DNA from: Octopus vulgaris | Lineage: Eukaryota | NCBI GenBank assembly: GCA_951406725.2 | Contig: OX597831.1 | Location: forward strand, 36,952,001 to 37,016,000 | Length of the DNA stretch: 64,000 nucleotides | Direction: 5' to 3' | Shown: positions 10,786 through 24,519 of the stretch, piece by piece | Position numbering within the stretch: position 1 is the first letter of the stretch | Layout of the letters: the number at the start of each line of letters is the position of its first letter | Notes under the pieces: generated by a model | What the model saw: the letters and a program-made list of their open reading frames with translations, nothing else | What the model was told of the DNA's origin: nothing | The model's database searches: none | Program-made: the position numbers and the translations under genes

Positions 10786-11689
10786 TTACACACGCCTGTT
10801 CCAACAGGACTGACTTGAATTTATACAAAAACAGCAAAATATCAAATAATATTACAGTTTCTGTCTGAGATTTGTCCAGTGTACAAGAACTATTCTAAGA
10901 AGAAGCGAATTAATCTAAATCCAAAATAAATGAGATTTAGTGACAGGAATACAATTAATGAATTTAAACAGAACCATTTATAGAAGTACTTACAAGCAGA
11001 TCAGATTAATAAGATAAGAAATTGAGAAATAAGGGAGAAAATTAGAAAAAGATTAAAACAGAAGCAAGAATCTAATGGTAAAAGTATAATGGATGTCAGA
11101 AATAAGATTATGGATATAATTACAGTCACCATTTGAGTCATAAACTACAGCTTCAATATATGAAATTGTAAGTGTTTAGTGAAATGATTGAACCTGATAG
11201 GAAATTAGAAGTATTACTCATGTTATTTTGAACTGACCTGTGTAAAGGTAATGAGAATAAATATATTTACTCTGTTCACCAGAAGGAAATGAAATGATAC
11301 AAATAGAAAACTATTACAAAGTAACCACAGTGGATTTAGAAAACAATACTGCAAATTAAGTAGCAGTAAATGTAGCTGATTACTATAATAAGGGAATTTT
11401 GTCGAAGTAAATTAAGATTTCCTATTTCAACTTGCAAGCTTGGCAATAACGTTTAAGAAGTTTTTTTGTTGCAGCAATGAGATTCCAGGTTCAGTCCTAC
11501 AGCATGGCATATATAGTACAAGTATCTACAACATTCAGCCTTGCACTAAATAATGCTATGGGAAATTTGGAGTTCTGGCTGGAGTGGAATTTGGTAAATA
11601 AATACTAAGCAGGATTCCCATCATATCCTCCTACCCCTCCTCTTCCTCTTCCTCTTCCTCCTCCTCCTCCTCCTCCTCATCATCACCAT

Positions 11690-11821
11690 CACCTGATGAA
11701 GACTGGAGAGTACATCAGCCGAAACGTTGTGCTAACAACAAACAAGATGAGGACAAATATCCATCAGATATAAATAATGCAAATGATGTACATAATTCTT
11801 CATCTCTTAAATATAGAACTG
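11690..11821 (+). mobile_element. 5'-truncated hammerhead-SINE copy starting at the ribozyme
   Basis: cac-CTGATGA-agactg..cagcc-GAAAC-GT-T-gtg (11690-11731), then the family tail to ..catctcttaaatatagaactg. Confidence 0.8.
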
Positions 11822-13619
11822 AAGAAACTAAAGTGTTAAAAAAAAAATAAAAGTCAATAGAACTGAAACTCAGAAGGATAATTCTAAAAATACTAAAAAA
11901 AAAAAAGTTAGCAATAACCTTTAGTTCTACATAGACAGTATCTCAAAATATTTGACAGTAGCAAACTGAACTAAACCTCACTGATAGCCAACAAGGGGTC
12001 AGAAGCTGTTGACCTCATGGTGGAAATAGAAATCTGATTTCAGCTGTACACAGCCCAGTTCATAGATACAATTACAAATAAATAATAAATAATGAATAAA
12101 ATAGAAATAAATAAAATAAAATGCAGTGTGATTTTTTTCTTAAGATTAACTGTTTTTTGTGCCTGATTTAAGCTTTTAAATTTAGAATAAAGTGCCCTGT
12201 CAGCTTATACACCTACACAAATAAAAACACGCATATACAAACAGATGCAGGCAGTACTCACATAGACATAAGCATACAGATATGCACATACAAAAACACA
12301 CAGATAAATATATTCTCCATAAATAATTAACAAACCAAGAATGCATATATGTGGTCATTTGATCTGCTAGAAATATCAACCAAATTTCTTTTAAATCGTC
12401 TGTCTTTACATTCTGAGTTCAAATTTTGCCGAGGTCGATTTTGACTTTCATCCTTTTGGGGTTGATGAATTAATTACTAGCTGCATTCTAGAGTCGATCT
12501 AATCAACTGCTCCCCCTCCCCCAAAATTTCAGGCCTTGTCCCTAGAGTAGAAAATAATTATTCAGAGAAGGAGGCACAGTGTCTGTCTTTTTGTCAGACT
12601 CCATGACTGGTGGGAAGATGAAAGTTATTTTGAAATTGGAGATTTGGTCCAAATAATAGCAACTGAGTAAACTCCATTAGGTGCTGTGTTTGACCAAGTA
12701 GAGTGTTGAGGTTAATGGCGAATTAAGTCTATTATCAAACAACTCAGAAAGCACAGAGATCTGCCAGAACAACAAATTCTTTAAGATAATCTCTTTGATG
12801 CTTTAACAATTCCTGCTATATACTGCTCTAGATTAGACCAGAACTTTATTTTATGTCATGTCTGGGGAGAGTCGTTTTCTTTTTGTGCCTAATAATTTAA
12901 CACACTCACCGGTAACATTTCTGCTTATTTCTTGCCCTAAAACAAAAAAAGAAAGATAAAAGGCAATGCTGACCATAGTAGGATTTGAACTCAGAACATT
13001 TAAAAGCTAAAACAAATACAGGTCAAATTCTACAAGACAAATCCTCTGCTACTTTAACAATTCCTTCAGTCTGTTATTCTAGACTAATAGTTTATTTCAT
13101 TTTATTACCCTCCCCTTCTATCCCCAAAGAAACAGATAAAAGAAGTTGACACTGGCAGGATTTGAACTCAGAACGTGTAAATCTAAAACTAACACCACTA
13201 ATGATTCTGTCAATTCACTGCCTTGGAGGGAATGTAACTATTTACACAATCTTTTTTGTTTGATGCACTACCAATATTAATAGTTATTCTAGATACGATA
13301 ATTACATCTAACATTAACCAACAAATTGCTGAGAGCATGTTTAATCAATTAATTCTTCTTCATAATTCCTTGGTAGTCATTATATAAAACTGTAGCAGAA
13401 TGAATGGCAGACTGAGGCTGTACAATAACTTTTGAATAATTGAATTCAGTAGCAAAACTCTGCATGATGCTACTATTTCTATAAACCTACTGCTATTTTT
13501 AATCATCATTTGATGCTCCCTTTCCAACCTCTCATGGGTGGGATGAAGGATTATAGTAAAAATCATATCTTATTTGGAGTTACTGCCAACCTAGTCAGAC
13601 TGGGAACCAAGCTTTACTC

Positions 13620-13935
13620 TTTTATTGCCTCCACCTTAGCGAAGGCGAAGGTGTTGTTTTTAGTTGTGTTTGTTTATTTATTTGTTTGTCCACGGACAAG
13701 ATATCTCAAGAACCACTTGATGGATTCAGATGAAACATTCAGGGATATTTGGCCTTATGACTGGCATGAATTGATAAGATTTTGGGATCGATCCAGTAGC
13801 GGACAAGGATTCTGGATTATTTTTTCCGTTTTTTTAAATTAAGTTTTGAGAGTGGTCGGGTTCATTTTTAGTATTCTCATTTGTGTGAGCAGTGGAGTTT
13901 ATTTCAGATATTCTCATTTTAAAACTAATCTTTGG
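13620..13935 (+). mobile_element. Helentron-associated non-autonomous element (HINE/DINE-like), 5' part
   Basis: ttattgcctccacc..ggcgaagg subterminal inverted repeat, (GTTT)n tract, then gatatctcaagaacc..ggattcagatgaaac, the typical HINE layout. Confidence 0.6.
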
Positions 13936-14569
13936 CTAAACATACTTCAACAAAGCCCTTCACTTCACATTGCTCTAGTCTAATCAAATGTGAATGAGTA
14001 TTAGTCACATACCAATACAGCTCTCTCTCTCCCTCCCCCTCTCTCTCTCACTCTTTTTCTTTCTCTTTCTCTTCTTCCAGCTGTTACATCTTGGATGTGC
14101 CACTGGGTCCAGGGTAATGGAGCCAAAAAGTTGTCTGTGTCTGCTTACAACTACATAGGCATCTAAACCAGTTAACAAAGATACGACGGCATGTGCTACA
14201 AAGTCATATTTGCTCGCAGGTGATGGCCAGCTGTTTTATATCCTGCCATTCAAAATATGCAAAGAAAACAGACGAAGAAAAATATTTGAAAAGATAACAG
14301 AGAGAAAGAAATAGAGGGAAGAAGGAAAGAGAATGATAAAGGAGATGGAAAAAAGAGAGAAAAAATATCCAATGTAAAGAATAAAAGAGTTTTTCAAAGT
14401 TTTTGTTAACTTATGTAACTTGTGATATGAGGTTTAATTAAATTGCTACGCTGGGAGTCAAAATAATATAGGAATTTTTGTACTTCTTTAATATCAGGAC
14501 GTTTACAAATGGCTGACAAACTAATGGTGGTATATCCAAAGCTGCCAAGTGCTAATGACAGCAAAGTGA

Positions 14570-14777
14570 AATATATATGAATGTATTTGCATGTATATAT
14601 ATATATGTCTGTATGAATGTATGTTTGTGCATGCATATATGTGTGTGTGTATATATATATATATATATAGATATATATAAATATAGATAGATAGATAAAT
14701 AGATAGTTGCCTTTATATATCTATATGTATATAAATATATGCATTTATACACACACATATATGCATATCTATACATG

Positions 14778-14828
<51 letters not shown>

Positions 14829-14979
14829 GAATATACATACATATATAATATATACATATATATATATAAATATTTATAGACATACACAAACATACATACA
14901 TGTATACAAATAAATATATATATATATATATATATGTATATATTTATAGCTATCTCTGTCTGTCTGCCTGTCTCTCTCG

Positions 14980-15020
<41 letters not shown>

Positions 15021-15375
15021 TGTTTCTGTGTGGGGGAAAAGTATTTATATTTATGATGTACACTTACTTTTCTATGCTGGCGTGGGTTGGAAAAGGTTTA
15101 CATAAATAGATGAGTATATCTCCATATGCATATATATGTAATTATATGCATGCGTGTGCATCTGTGTGTGTGTGTGAGTGTAAGTATATATATGTATATT
15201 TACCTAGTAAAGAGATATGCTGCAATATATCTCCCTATTTGTAAATGTGCATATGTTCACATTTGTATGTATGTATGCATACTACATACATGCATTCATT
15301 CTTACATATATGCAGCCACATACACATACAAATGTGCATATATATATATACATAAATATATATATATATATGTAC

Positions 15376-15408
<33 letters not shown>

Positions 15409-15432
15409 TATATACATATACATACATACATT

Positions 15433-15478
<46 letters not shown>

Positions 15479-15484
15479 AATATA

Positions 15485-15522
<38 letters not shown>

Positions 15523-15533
15523 CATACATTCAT

Positions 15534-15582
<49 letters not shown>

Positions 15583-15650
15583 CATATACATAGATACATA
15601 CAACATACATGCACACATATATATATATATATATGCACACATCTATAAAT
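14570..15650. repeat. Compound (AT)/(AC)/(ATAC) microsatellite field
   Basis: Seen directly; source of many YIYI ORFs. Confidence 0.95.
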
Positions 15651-16285
15651 CATATAGAACAAGATATGACAAAGCCAATCTGAAATCTCTGCATATTTCT
15701 CAGGAGAGGATTTAAAACATTTGTGCCAAACATAGATGCATTATAAGACATACAGGAAGAATGAAGATGGAAGGAAATGGAGGAAAAGCCAAAGACATGT
15801 ATTTTGAGTGTCTTCATTGTAAGTGAGTGGCCACAGTGGAAACTAGAAATATATATGCGGTTCCCAAATGGAATGAAAGTAGGATGTAGCTGAAATCTGG
15901 GAAATAATCCTGGTTTGTCTTTACAAAACAAAACAAAAAAAAAAAAAATAGATCAATGAAGAGAATTAATAAAATTATATTTCTTTGTTTTTATTCTTTA
16001 CACCCAACCCTTCTTCTGTGCAAAAAAAAAAAAAAGACCAACCAAGCACTTTCCAATTTATTTCCTTCCTTTGCAAGTCTTCCCACACCGCCACCAACAC
16101 CACCACCACGACTACATGGTTGTGTGAATATGGATGTAGTCGAAAATGGTGGTTCTGCTGACGTGAAGAATGACCTGGGAAAGTAGGTCTTTTTTGATTA
16201 AGAAGTACATTGGTTTAATTTATATATACTTCATACACACGTAAATGTCTGTTACTTGAAAGCTCTCTCTCTCTCTCTCTCTCTG

Positions 16286-16329
<44 letters not shown>

Positions 16330-16358
16330 CCTACGTACGTACGTACGTACCTACCTAC

Positions 16359-16398
<40 letters not shown>

Positions 16399-16435
16399 CT
16401 AGCTATATGTCTGTCTGTCTATCTACCTAATATAA

Positions 16436-16487
<52 letters not shown>

Positions 16488-16583
16488 GTATAAATACATA
16501 TTCATATGTATATGTACATACAAGAACATATATAAATATGTATGTGTATGTATATATATGTGTATGTATGTGTGTATATATAA

Positions 16584-16654
<71 letters not shown>

Positions 16655-16750
16655 GTTATATTTCTGTGCACATATATATGTTCTATAAAGCGTTCAATAC
16701 TGTAAGCTATTATATGTATAAATATATGTATGTATATATGTACATATATA

Positions 16751-17986
16751 TTGGATCATCCCATAAATAATGTGGTTATTTCAACTGAATGAATAAAAGT
16801 CAGAGGGGGACAGGATAAACTACCTGTGTAGTAATATTATCTTGTACAAATTTTGAAGAGTGCAGTTCGGTTTTAACAGTTATTTTTTCAAAGTTATAAT
16901 GGAAGTAACAAAGGAGCATATTCAGCATATTTTGCTTTATGAGTTCAATAAAGGCAACGATGCAATGGAAAGTGCAAGGAATATTAATGCAATATATGGG
17001 GGTCGGACAATAAGCATAAGCTACTGTCTGTGGTGGTTCCAGAAATTCTGAGCCGAAAACTACAGTTTAGAAGGTGAGCCTCATCCTGGAAGATCTGCAG
17101 AGCTCGAAGAGCATGGCCTGCAAATCCTGGTGGAAAAAAAAAATCCCATGGTAACTGTTGAGGAACTAGCAGAGAAGCTTGGATTTGGTCATTCAACCAT
17201 TCATCGACACATGCTTGCCGTGAGAAAAGTTAGCAACTTGGGTCAATGGGTTCTTCACAAACTTTTTGAGTTTAATTGTGCACAGAGAGTGAATGTGTGC
17301 TCTTCTTTGCTGTTATTCCTCCCGAATGAACCTTTTTTGGACTGAATAGTGACTGGTGGTGAGAAATGGGTTCTCTATAAAAATGTCAAGTGCTGCAGAC
17401 AGTGGGTAGGAAAAGGAGAAAAACTTGCACCCCAGGCTAAAGAAGGTCTTCACCTATGTAAATTGTTGTTATCTGTTTGGTGGGATATGAAAGGTTTAGT
17501 CCACTTTGAACTCTTAAACACAAATCAAATGATAACAGAGGAGATCTACTGTGAGCAGCTTGAGCAGCATAAGTGCTACAAGAAAAATGACCATCTTTGG
17601 TTTCAGGACGAATGGTGTTCTTCCATCATGATAATGCTTGCCCACATGCAACAAGGATGACATTCCAAAGGCTGGAGCAGTTTGAATGGGAAATGGTGCT
17701 CCACCCACCATATTTACCGGACATTGTCCCATCTGTTTATCATATATTTTGCAGTCTACAAAATCCTTTGGACGGAAAAAAACATGAATTCTATATATGA
17801 GGTCAGAACTGTAGTGGAGGAGTATTTTTCATCAGATACAAGTGAATTTTGGAAGATGGTCCTTGCAAGTCTACCAGATAGATGGAAGAGCATCGTAGAA
17901 AATGAAGGAGGAGGGTATATTTCAGATTTATCTTAATTTTGAAAAATAAAAGAAGTATAAAAACACCACATTATTTATGGGATGTC

Positions 17987-17990
<4 letters not shown>
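16751..17990 (+). mobile_element. Full-length decayed mariner transposon (1240 bp)
   Basis: TA-flanked TIRs ttggatcatcccataaataatgtggt / accacattatttatgggatgtcccaa. Confidence 0.93.
16899..17936 (+). pseudogene. Mariner DD34D transposase, frameshifted with stops
   Basis: MEVTKEHIQHILLYEF; WVLHKL (WVPHEL-like); TGGEKW (TGDEKW-like); FHHDNA; HPPYLPDIVPSVY (YSPDLAPSDY-like), spread over several frames. Confidence 0.92.
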
Positions 17991-18033
<43 letters not shown>

Positions 18034-18764
18034 ATACAATTTAGAGAAAAACCACTATTAAACAAATCAGTAAAGAAAGATGTTATTCACACCATATAGA
18101 AAACATATACTATAAAAAAAAACTTATTTTAAATCAATAAAGTACCATAAATAGTAAACTGTAGTGAAAAGACTACGCATGTATATATATATAAACATGC
18201 TTGTATGTATTTAAGTATTATTTATTTGCATATAAGTATGCGTGTCTTACATGTGCATATATTTGTTTCTGTCTATCTATCTATATATCTATCTTTCTTT
18301 ATTTCTAACAATATATATATATATATATTTATAATAGTATCACACAATGTAGCATTGTCTTATGAAGCAAAACAATATTGAAAGACACATCCTATGGTCC
18401 AATGGCACTCAAGAATCTTAGTTGTGAATCTTGCAGGTGTCATGTAAATGGTACCTATGCCGGTAGCATATACAAAATTCATATTTTTTCCATCCAAATG
18501 ATTTTGTAGACTGTGAAATAAATGAGAATCAGATGTTAGGTGTTAGGAAGGACAACCATAGAAACCATGCAAAATCAGACTGGAACCTGGGCAGTTCTCT
18601 GGCTCATCAGTTCCAGTCAAACCATCTAACCCATGCCAGCTTGGAGAGCAGACGTTAAACGATGACGATGATGATGATGATGATGATATATTGTTTCTCA
18701 GCATGATTTCTTCCAAAGACAAGTTCTGCAGCAAACATCTATCTGTCTACAAGTGTATGCACTG

Positions 18765-19210
18765 GCATATTTGTATGGTAAGAAGCTTCCTTCTCAACAA
18801 CATGGTTCCTGGTTCAATCCCACTGTGTGGCAAGTGCTTTCTGCTATAGCCCTGGGCCAACCAAAACCTTATGAATGAATTTGGTGGACAGAAACTCAAA
18901 GGAGCCCGTCATATATATATAATCAAAATAAGCAACAAGGATATCCAAAGGTAGTGTAGTACAATCGTTTCATGCTACTTCATTTAATTAAACAATGTAA
19001 GTATTACATCAGTTTAATTACATTGTGTAATACTTACATTGTTTAATTAAATGAAATAGCATGAAACGATTGTACTACACTACCTTTGGATATCCTTGAT
19101 GCTTATTTTGATTATAATCACCCCATATGATTTATATGTATAATACCATACCAAATTCTGGTGCCTTTAACTTAAGTACCATATTCATCTGAATCTAAAT
19201 TTTGGCTGAA

Positions 19211-19307
<97 letters not shown>

Positions 19308-19792
19308 GGAGGTGTGTGGCTTAGTGGTTCGGGTGTCATGATTGTAAGATTGTGGTTTCGATTCCTGGACAAGGCGACGTTTTGTGTTCTTGAGCAAAAC
19401 ACTTCATTTCATGTTGCTCCAGTCCACTCAGCTGGCAAAAATGAGTAACACTGCTATGGACTGGTGTCCCATCCAGCTAGGGAAAACATATGCCATAGAA
19501 ACCGGGAAACTGGGCCCATGAGCCTGGCAAGGCTTTAAAAGGGTGCATTTATTATTTTATATATGTATGTATATATTTATGTGAGTGTGTCTTTGTGTCT
19601 GTATTTGTCCTCCCATCATCGCTTGATACTCGATATTGGTGGGTTTATGTCCCTGTATCTTAGCAGTTTGGCAAAAAACATTGATAGAATAAGTAACAAG
19701 TTTACAAAGAATAAGCCCTCGGGTGAATTTGTTTGACTAAAAGGCAGTGCTCCTGTATGGCCGCAGTTAAATGACTGAAACAAATAAAAGAA
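18765..19792 (+). mobile_element. CORE-like SINE split by two nested insertions
   Basis: Head 18765-18912 and tail 19575-19792 are colinear with the consensus; the gap holds a fold-back element and another SINE (about 19307-19552). Confidence 0.7.
18918..19213. mobile_element. Fold-back insertion, PLE-like
   Basis: Arms about 18918-19009 and 19026-19116, right extension to 19213. Keeps only a hammerhead 3'-half-like GAAACgattGTA. Confidence 0.8.
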
Positions 19793-19885
19793 TACATATA
19801 TATCATATATATATATACATCTTTGTACATATATAGATATATATATATATTATATATACACATACATATATATATATATAATATA

Positions 19886-19925
<40 letters not shown>

Positions 19926-20021
19926 CCGGAGTAAACACATAAATGTGAAACAAGGTGGAAAAAAGAGTACTCAAATACCAGTGGTAGAGTAATATGCTTT
20001 ATTTTAAGCAGCAGAAAATTC

Positions 20022-20075
20022 AACAAAATCTGTTACTCTGAGTTTCTCGTTGCCGTTCATCAGACAGTTTTTGTT
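20022..20075 (-). ncRNA. Minimal type-I hammerhead ribozyme (mirror copy)
   Basis: Reverse complement of 22788-22840, with one extra A in stem I. Confidence 0.75.
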
Positions 20076-21075
20076 AGAATGGAACTTATATATTAATTCA
20101 ATCTATACTCTTACAAACGCTACACCTTTAAAAAGAAATGGACTTGTTTGATTGGCCCTTTAGAAAAAACGGTCAATCTTCGAGCGATAAACAAAAAGGT
20201 CAAAAATATATGTATATATATATAAAAAAACTTATAAAAATTATAAAATCCGAGGAAAAAACCGAGGAAAAAACCTATTGCCGTTAATGAAGACAGTACA
20301 AATTAATGCATAGAAATTAAACCTGTTATAAATACTGCAATACATATTTATATTAAAATCCACATATATATATCAACATACACAAAAGGATGCGCGTAAA
20401 CGCCATACATACATATACAGACGTATGAATATGAATCTAAATTATACACATAAAAGCATGTGTACATATATTCACGCAAACCGTCTCGCACGCAAGCTAA
20501 AATTCATCTATGTAGCAATTCTCATATACTGAGCAAGGAGGGGGAACGAAAGAAAGGGAAAGAGAGAAAAAGGAACGAAGGAGGGGTGGGGAAAAAACTT
20601 GTAGCGATATTATTGGCATCTATAGAGGCCAGTATACATACACAGGTTTGAATTGATACATATACATACCGTCGTGTGTATGCGTGCTTAAGCACAAGCA
20701 TACTTTCACTTACACATACACAGATACGCATGCTTACAAATACATATGCTTTGCTATACACAAACTTATATAAACATTCCAAATTTGACAACATTGCTTT
20801 TTTTAAAAAAACATTGCTTTTAAAAAATGGGTGCATTAATAAAAATATATACGAAAGACATATAAAATAAAATATAACATCCTATTTTGGGTCATTTATA
20901 AATAATCAAGGTAATATAAATAATCAAGGTAATCTTATGCAATACAATAACATGAAAACAAAGTTTGTAGGTTTTTCCTAATATATATGTAGAAACAATA
21001 AGACTTTGCTATAGGTCCGTCGTAGCGCTCAAGAGTCAAAATCAAAATCAAAAATCAAAATACAAAATATATACT

Positions 21076-21431
21076 CTATCCATATGGTATATTTATATTC
21101 GACATTTTAAATTTAGCCGCGTGCCTACATAAGTTCATTAACTCACTTCTTTGATTCAAAGAATTATTGTCTTTGAATAATATGTGCATTTTCTCTAATA
21201 AGCAAAGCCTGCACTTGAAATTATATTTGTAAGCTCCATGCCTGTATGGTGCCGCCCTGTCCAGAATGCTCCATGTCACGTTGAAAGGTGGGGCTTCCTT
21301 TTCTTTTAGTTCCCAGACATATTTTGCTAGGCTGGTTTTCTTCCTATTCTCTGGGTATTTAAAAGAATTCTTATGAGAATAAAATCTTGTTTTAAATGAA
21401 TTTTCTGAAGCCCCTGTGTATGTCTTGTATT
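21076..21431 (-). pseudogene. PLE GIY-YIG endonuclease C-terminal fragment (mirror copy)
   Basis: Reverse complement of 21434-21789. Confidence 0.88.
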
Positions 21432-21789
21432 GGAATACAAGACATACACAGGGGCTTCAGAAAATTCATTTAAAACAAGATTTTATTCTCATAAGAATTC
21501 TTTTAAATACCCAGAGAATAGGAAGAAAACCAGCCTAGCAAAATATGTCTGGGAACTAAAAGAAAAGGAAGCCCCACCTTTCAACGTGACATGGAGCATT
21601 CTGGACAGGGCGGCACCATACAGGCATGGAGCTTACAAATATAATTTCAAGTGCAGGCTTTGCTTATTAGAGAAAATGCACATATTATTCAAAGACAATA
21701 ATTCTTTGAATCAAAGAAGTGAGTTAATGAACTTATGTAGGCACGCGGCTAAATTTAAAATGTCGAATATAAATATACCATATGGATAG
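21430..21789 (+). pseudogene. PLE GIY-YIG endonuclease C-terminal fragment (open frame, 5'-truncated)
   Basis: YTG (YIG motif), FKTRFYSHKNSF, TSLAKYVWELK, WSIL..APY, CRLCLLEK, LNQRSEL..CRH. The GIY half and RT are lost at the palindrome axis. Confidence 0.9.
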
Positions 21790-22787
21790 AGTATATATTT
21801 TGTATTTTGATTTTTGATTTTGATTTTGACTCTTGAGCGCTACGACGGACCTATAGCAAAGTCTTATTGTTTCTACATATATATTAGGAAAAACCTACAA
21901 ACTTTGTTTTCATGTTATTGTATTGCATAAGATTACCTTGATTATTTATATTACCTTGATTATTTATAAATGACCCAAAATAGGATGTTATATTTTATTT
22001 TATATGTCTTTCGTATATATTTTTATTAATGCACCCATTTTTTAAAAGCAATGTTTTTTTAAAAAAAGCAATGTTGTCAAATTTGGAATGTTTATATAAG
22101 TTTGTGTATAGCAAAGCATATGTATTTGTAAGCATGCGTATCTGTGTATGTGTAAGTGAAAGTATGCTTGTGCTTAAGCACGCATACACACGACGGTATG
22201 TATATGTATCAATTCAAACTTGTGTATGTATACTGGCCTCTATAGATGCCAATAATATCGCTACAAGTTTTTTCCCCACCCCTCCTTCGTTCCTTTTTCT
22301 CTCTTTCCCTTTCTTTCGTTCCCCCTCCTTGCTCAGTATATGAGAATTGCTACATAGATGAATTTTAGCTTGCGTGCGAGACGGTTTGCGTGAATATATG
22401 TACACATGCTTTTATGTGTATAATTTAGATTCATATTCATACGTCTGTATATGTATGTATGGCGTTTACGCGCATCCTTTTGTGTATGTTGATATATATA
22501 TGTGGATTTTAATATAAATATGTATTGCAGTATTTATAACAGGTTTAATTTCTATGCATTAATTTGTACTGTCTTCATTAACGGCAATAGGTTTTTTCCT
22601 CGGTTTTTTCATCGGATTTTATAATTTTTATGTTTTTTTATATATATATACATATATTTTTGACCTTTTTGTTTATCGCTCGAAGATTGACCGTTTTTTC
22701 TAAAGGGCCAATCAAACAAGTCCATTTCTTTTTAAAGGTGTAGCGTTTGTAAGAGTATAGATTGAATTAATATATAAGTTCCATTCT

Positions 22788-22840
22788 AACAAAACTGTCT
22801 GATGAACGGCAACGAGAAACTCAGAGTAACAGATTTTGTT
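22788..22840 (+). ncRNA. Minimal type-I hammerhead ribozyme in the PLE terminal repeat
   Basis: aacaaaactgt-CTGATGA-a-cg-gcaa-cg-a-GAAAC-tcaga-GTA-acagattttgtt. Predicted cleavage after 22828; AATAAA follows about 30 nt later. Confidence 0.78.
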
Positions 22841-22869
22841 GAATTTTCTGCTGCTTAAAATAAAGTATA

Positions 22870-22934
<65 letters not shown>

Positions 22935-23719
22935 AATATAAATATATATCATATATATATATACATATATATATTTATGTTTTGGTATTTTTGCATGTTT
23001 ATAAATATGTATGCTTGCCTGCAGATACACACTTGTAGGAAGATGGGCATGCCCACAGACGCACACACACACACACACATTCACATACATGCAGACACAC
23101 TCACACACATACATACAAGTACATATACAAACATAAAAACACACACACACACACACGCACATACACATTACACACTCGTGGTTTTAGACATCTTGAAGAA
23201 AGCTATAGAATTTTCGCAATCAAGATAATTAAAGCCGCACAATCAAGTTAGCTTTATGCTTCTTAAAGTTATTTCTACTTGAGAATTAATGAGCAACAGA
23301 CTTCGATATTTTCTTTCTCAAAATATCTTGTGTATGTAGCTGTGTGTTTATAATAATTTGAGGTGGTTTACATTTGTAACCACCATCCAAGCAAAAAAAA
23401 AAAAAGGAAGAAAAAAAGAAAGCAAAAATACAAAAGGACCCAGAATTTATTTACTTATTTATTTATTTATTTATTTTTTTATTTAGTCATTCATTCATTC
23501 ATTTATTTATTGGTTTGATACAGTAAATTATAAACAGTATTGCCGTTGGTTATAGGTTTCCAATCAGGAAGAAACTAGCACACTTCACTCCAAACAATAT
23601 TACTGAAGAGTCTCCCTTCCTTCTTTTCTTTCTTTCCATTCTCTGCATGTATGTATTATGTTCACGTATATAGATGTGTCTATTGATGTGTGTATACGCA
23701 CAAACACAAACACACATAT

Positions 23720-23892
23720 ACATCATCATCATCATCATTTAACATCTGCTTTCCATGCTGGCATGGGTTGGATGGTTACACAGGAGCTGAAGGGCTGTTC
23801 AGGCTCCATGTCTGTTTTGCCATAGTTTCTACGACTGGATGCCCTTCCCAATGCCAACCACTTTACAGACAGAGTGTACTGGGTGCTTTTAT
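23720..23892 (-). mobile_element. (GAT)n-tailed retroposon 3' fragment
   Basis: catcatcatttaacatctgctttccatgctggcatgggttggatgg..ggatgcccttcc; related copies at about 18545-18687, 29043-29228, 35090-35137 and 49940-49995. Confidence 0.7.
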
Positions 23893-23924
23893 GAATGTGT
23901 ATATATACGTACGTATGTATACTC

Positions 23925-24296
23925 TTTACTCTTTTACTTGTTTCAGTCATTTGACTGTGGCCATGCTGGAGCACCGCCTTTAGTCGAGCAAATCGACCCC
24001 GGAACTTATTCTTTGTAAGCCCAGTACTTATTCTATCGGTCTCTTTTGCCGAACCGCTAAGTGACGGGGACGTAAACACACCAGCATCGGTTGTCAAGCA
24101 ATGCTAGGGGGACAAACACAGACACACAAACATACACACAAATACATGTATATATACATATATGCGACAGGCTTCTTTCAGTTTCCGTCTACCAAATCCA
24201 CTCACAAGGCATTGGTCGGCCTGAGGCTATAGTAGAAGACACTTGCCCAAGATGTCACGCAGTGGAACTGAACCCGGAACCATGTGGTTGGTTAGC
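23925..24296 (-). mobile_element. tRNA-derived SINE (CORE-like family), young
   Basis: Near-identical to 24930-25356. Confidence 0.88.
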
Positions 24297-24519
24297 ACAT
24301 GTATGTATATATATTTGATTGGTAGAAGATAGTCACATGACTGGTCCTAGAAATTTTTGTAGGTCTCCTGATATGTCCGTGTGTTAGTACCAAGTGACAA
24401 TGTTTGGTGTCATAAGTTAAAGCAGACATAGTTGACTGAACAAGTCTAAACAATCAATGCTCTAAATGTTTTCTGCCAAGTGTTTTTTAGAAAAAGAACA
24501 CATTATTAAGTGTCTGAAG

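Larger units (their letters stand above)
19926..22869. mobile_element. 5'-truncated Penelope-like retroelement with full inverted duplication (2.87 kb palindrome)
   Basis: Arms about 19997-21431 and 21434-22865 with a 2-nt loop (cttgtatt-gg-aatacaag). Mirrored ORF coordinates sum to 42865. The left arm has about 70 extra nt (19926-19996). (AT)n flanks. Confidence 0.93.

Noticed and set aside
20460-22405. Mirrored 63-104 aa ORFs in the palindrome arms
   Set aside because: Chance frames in the PLE 3' UTR, duplicated by the inversion.
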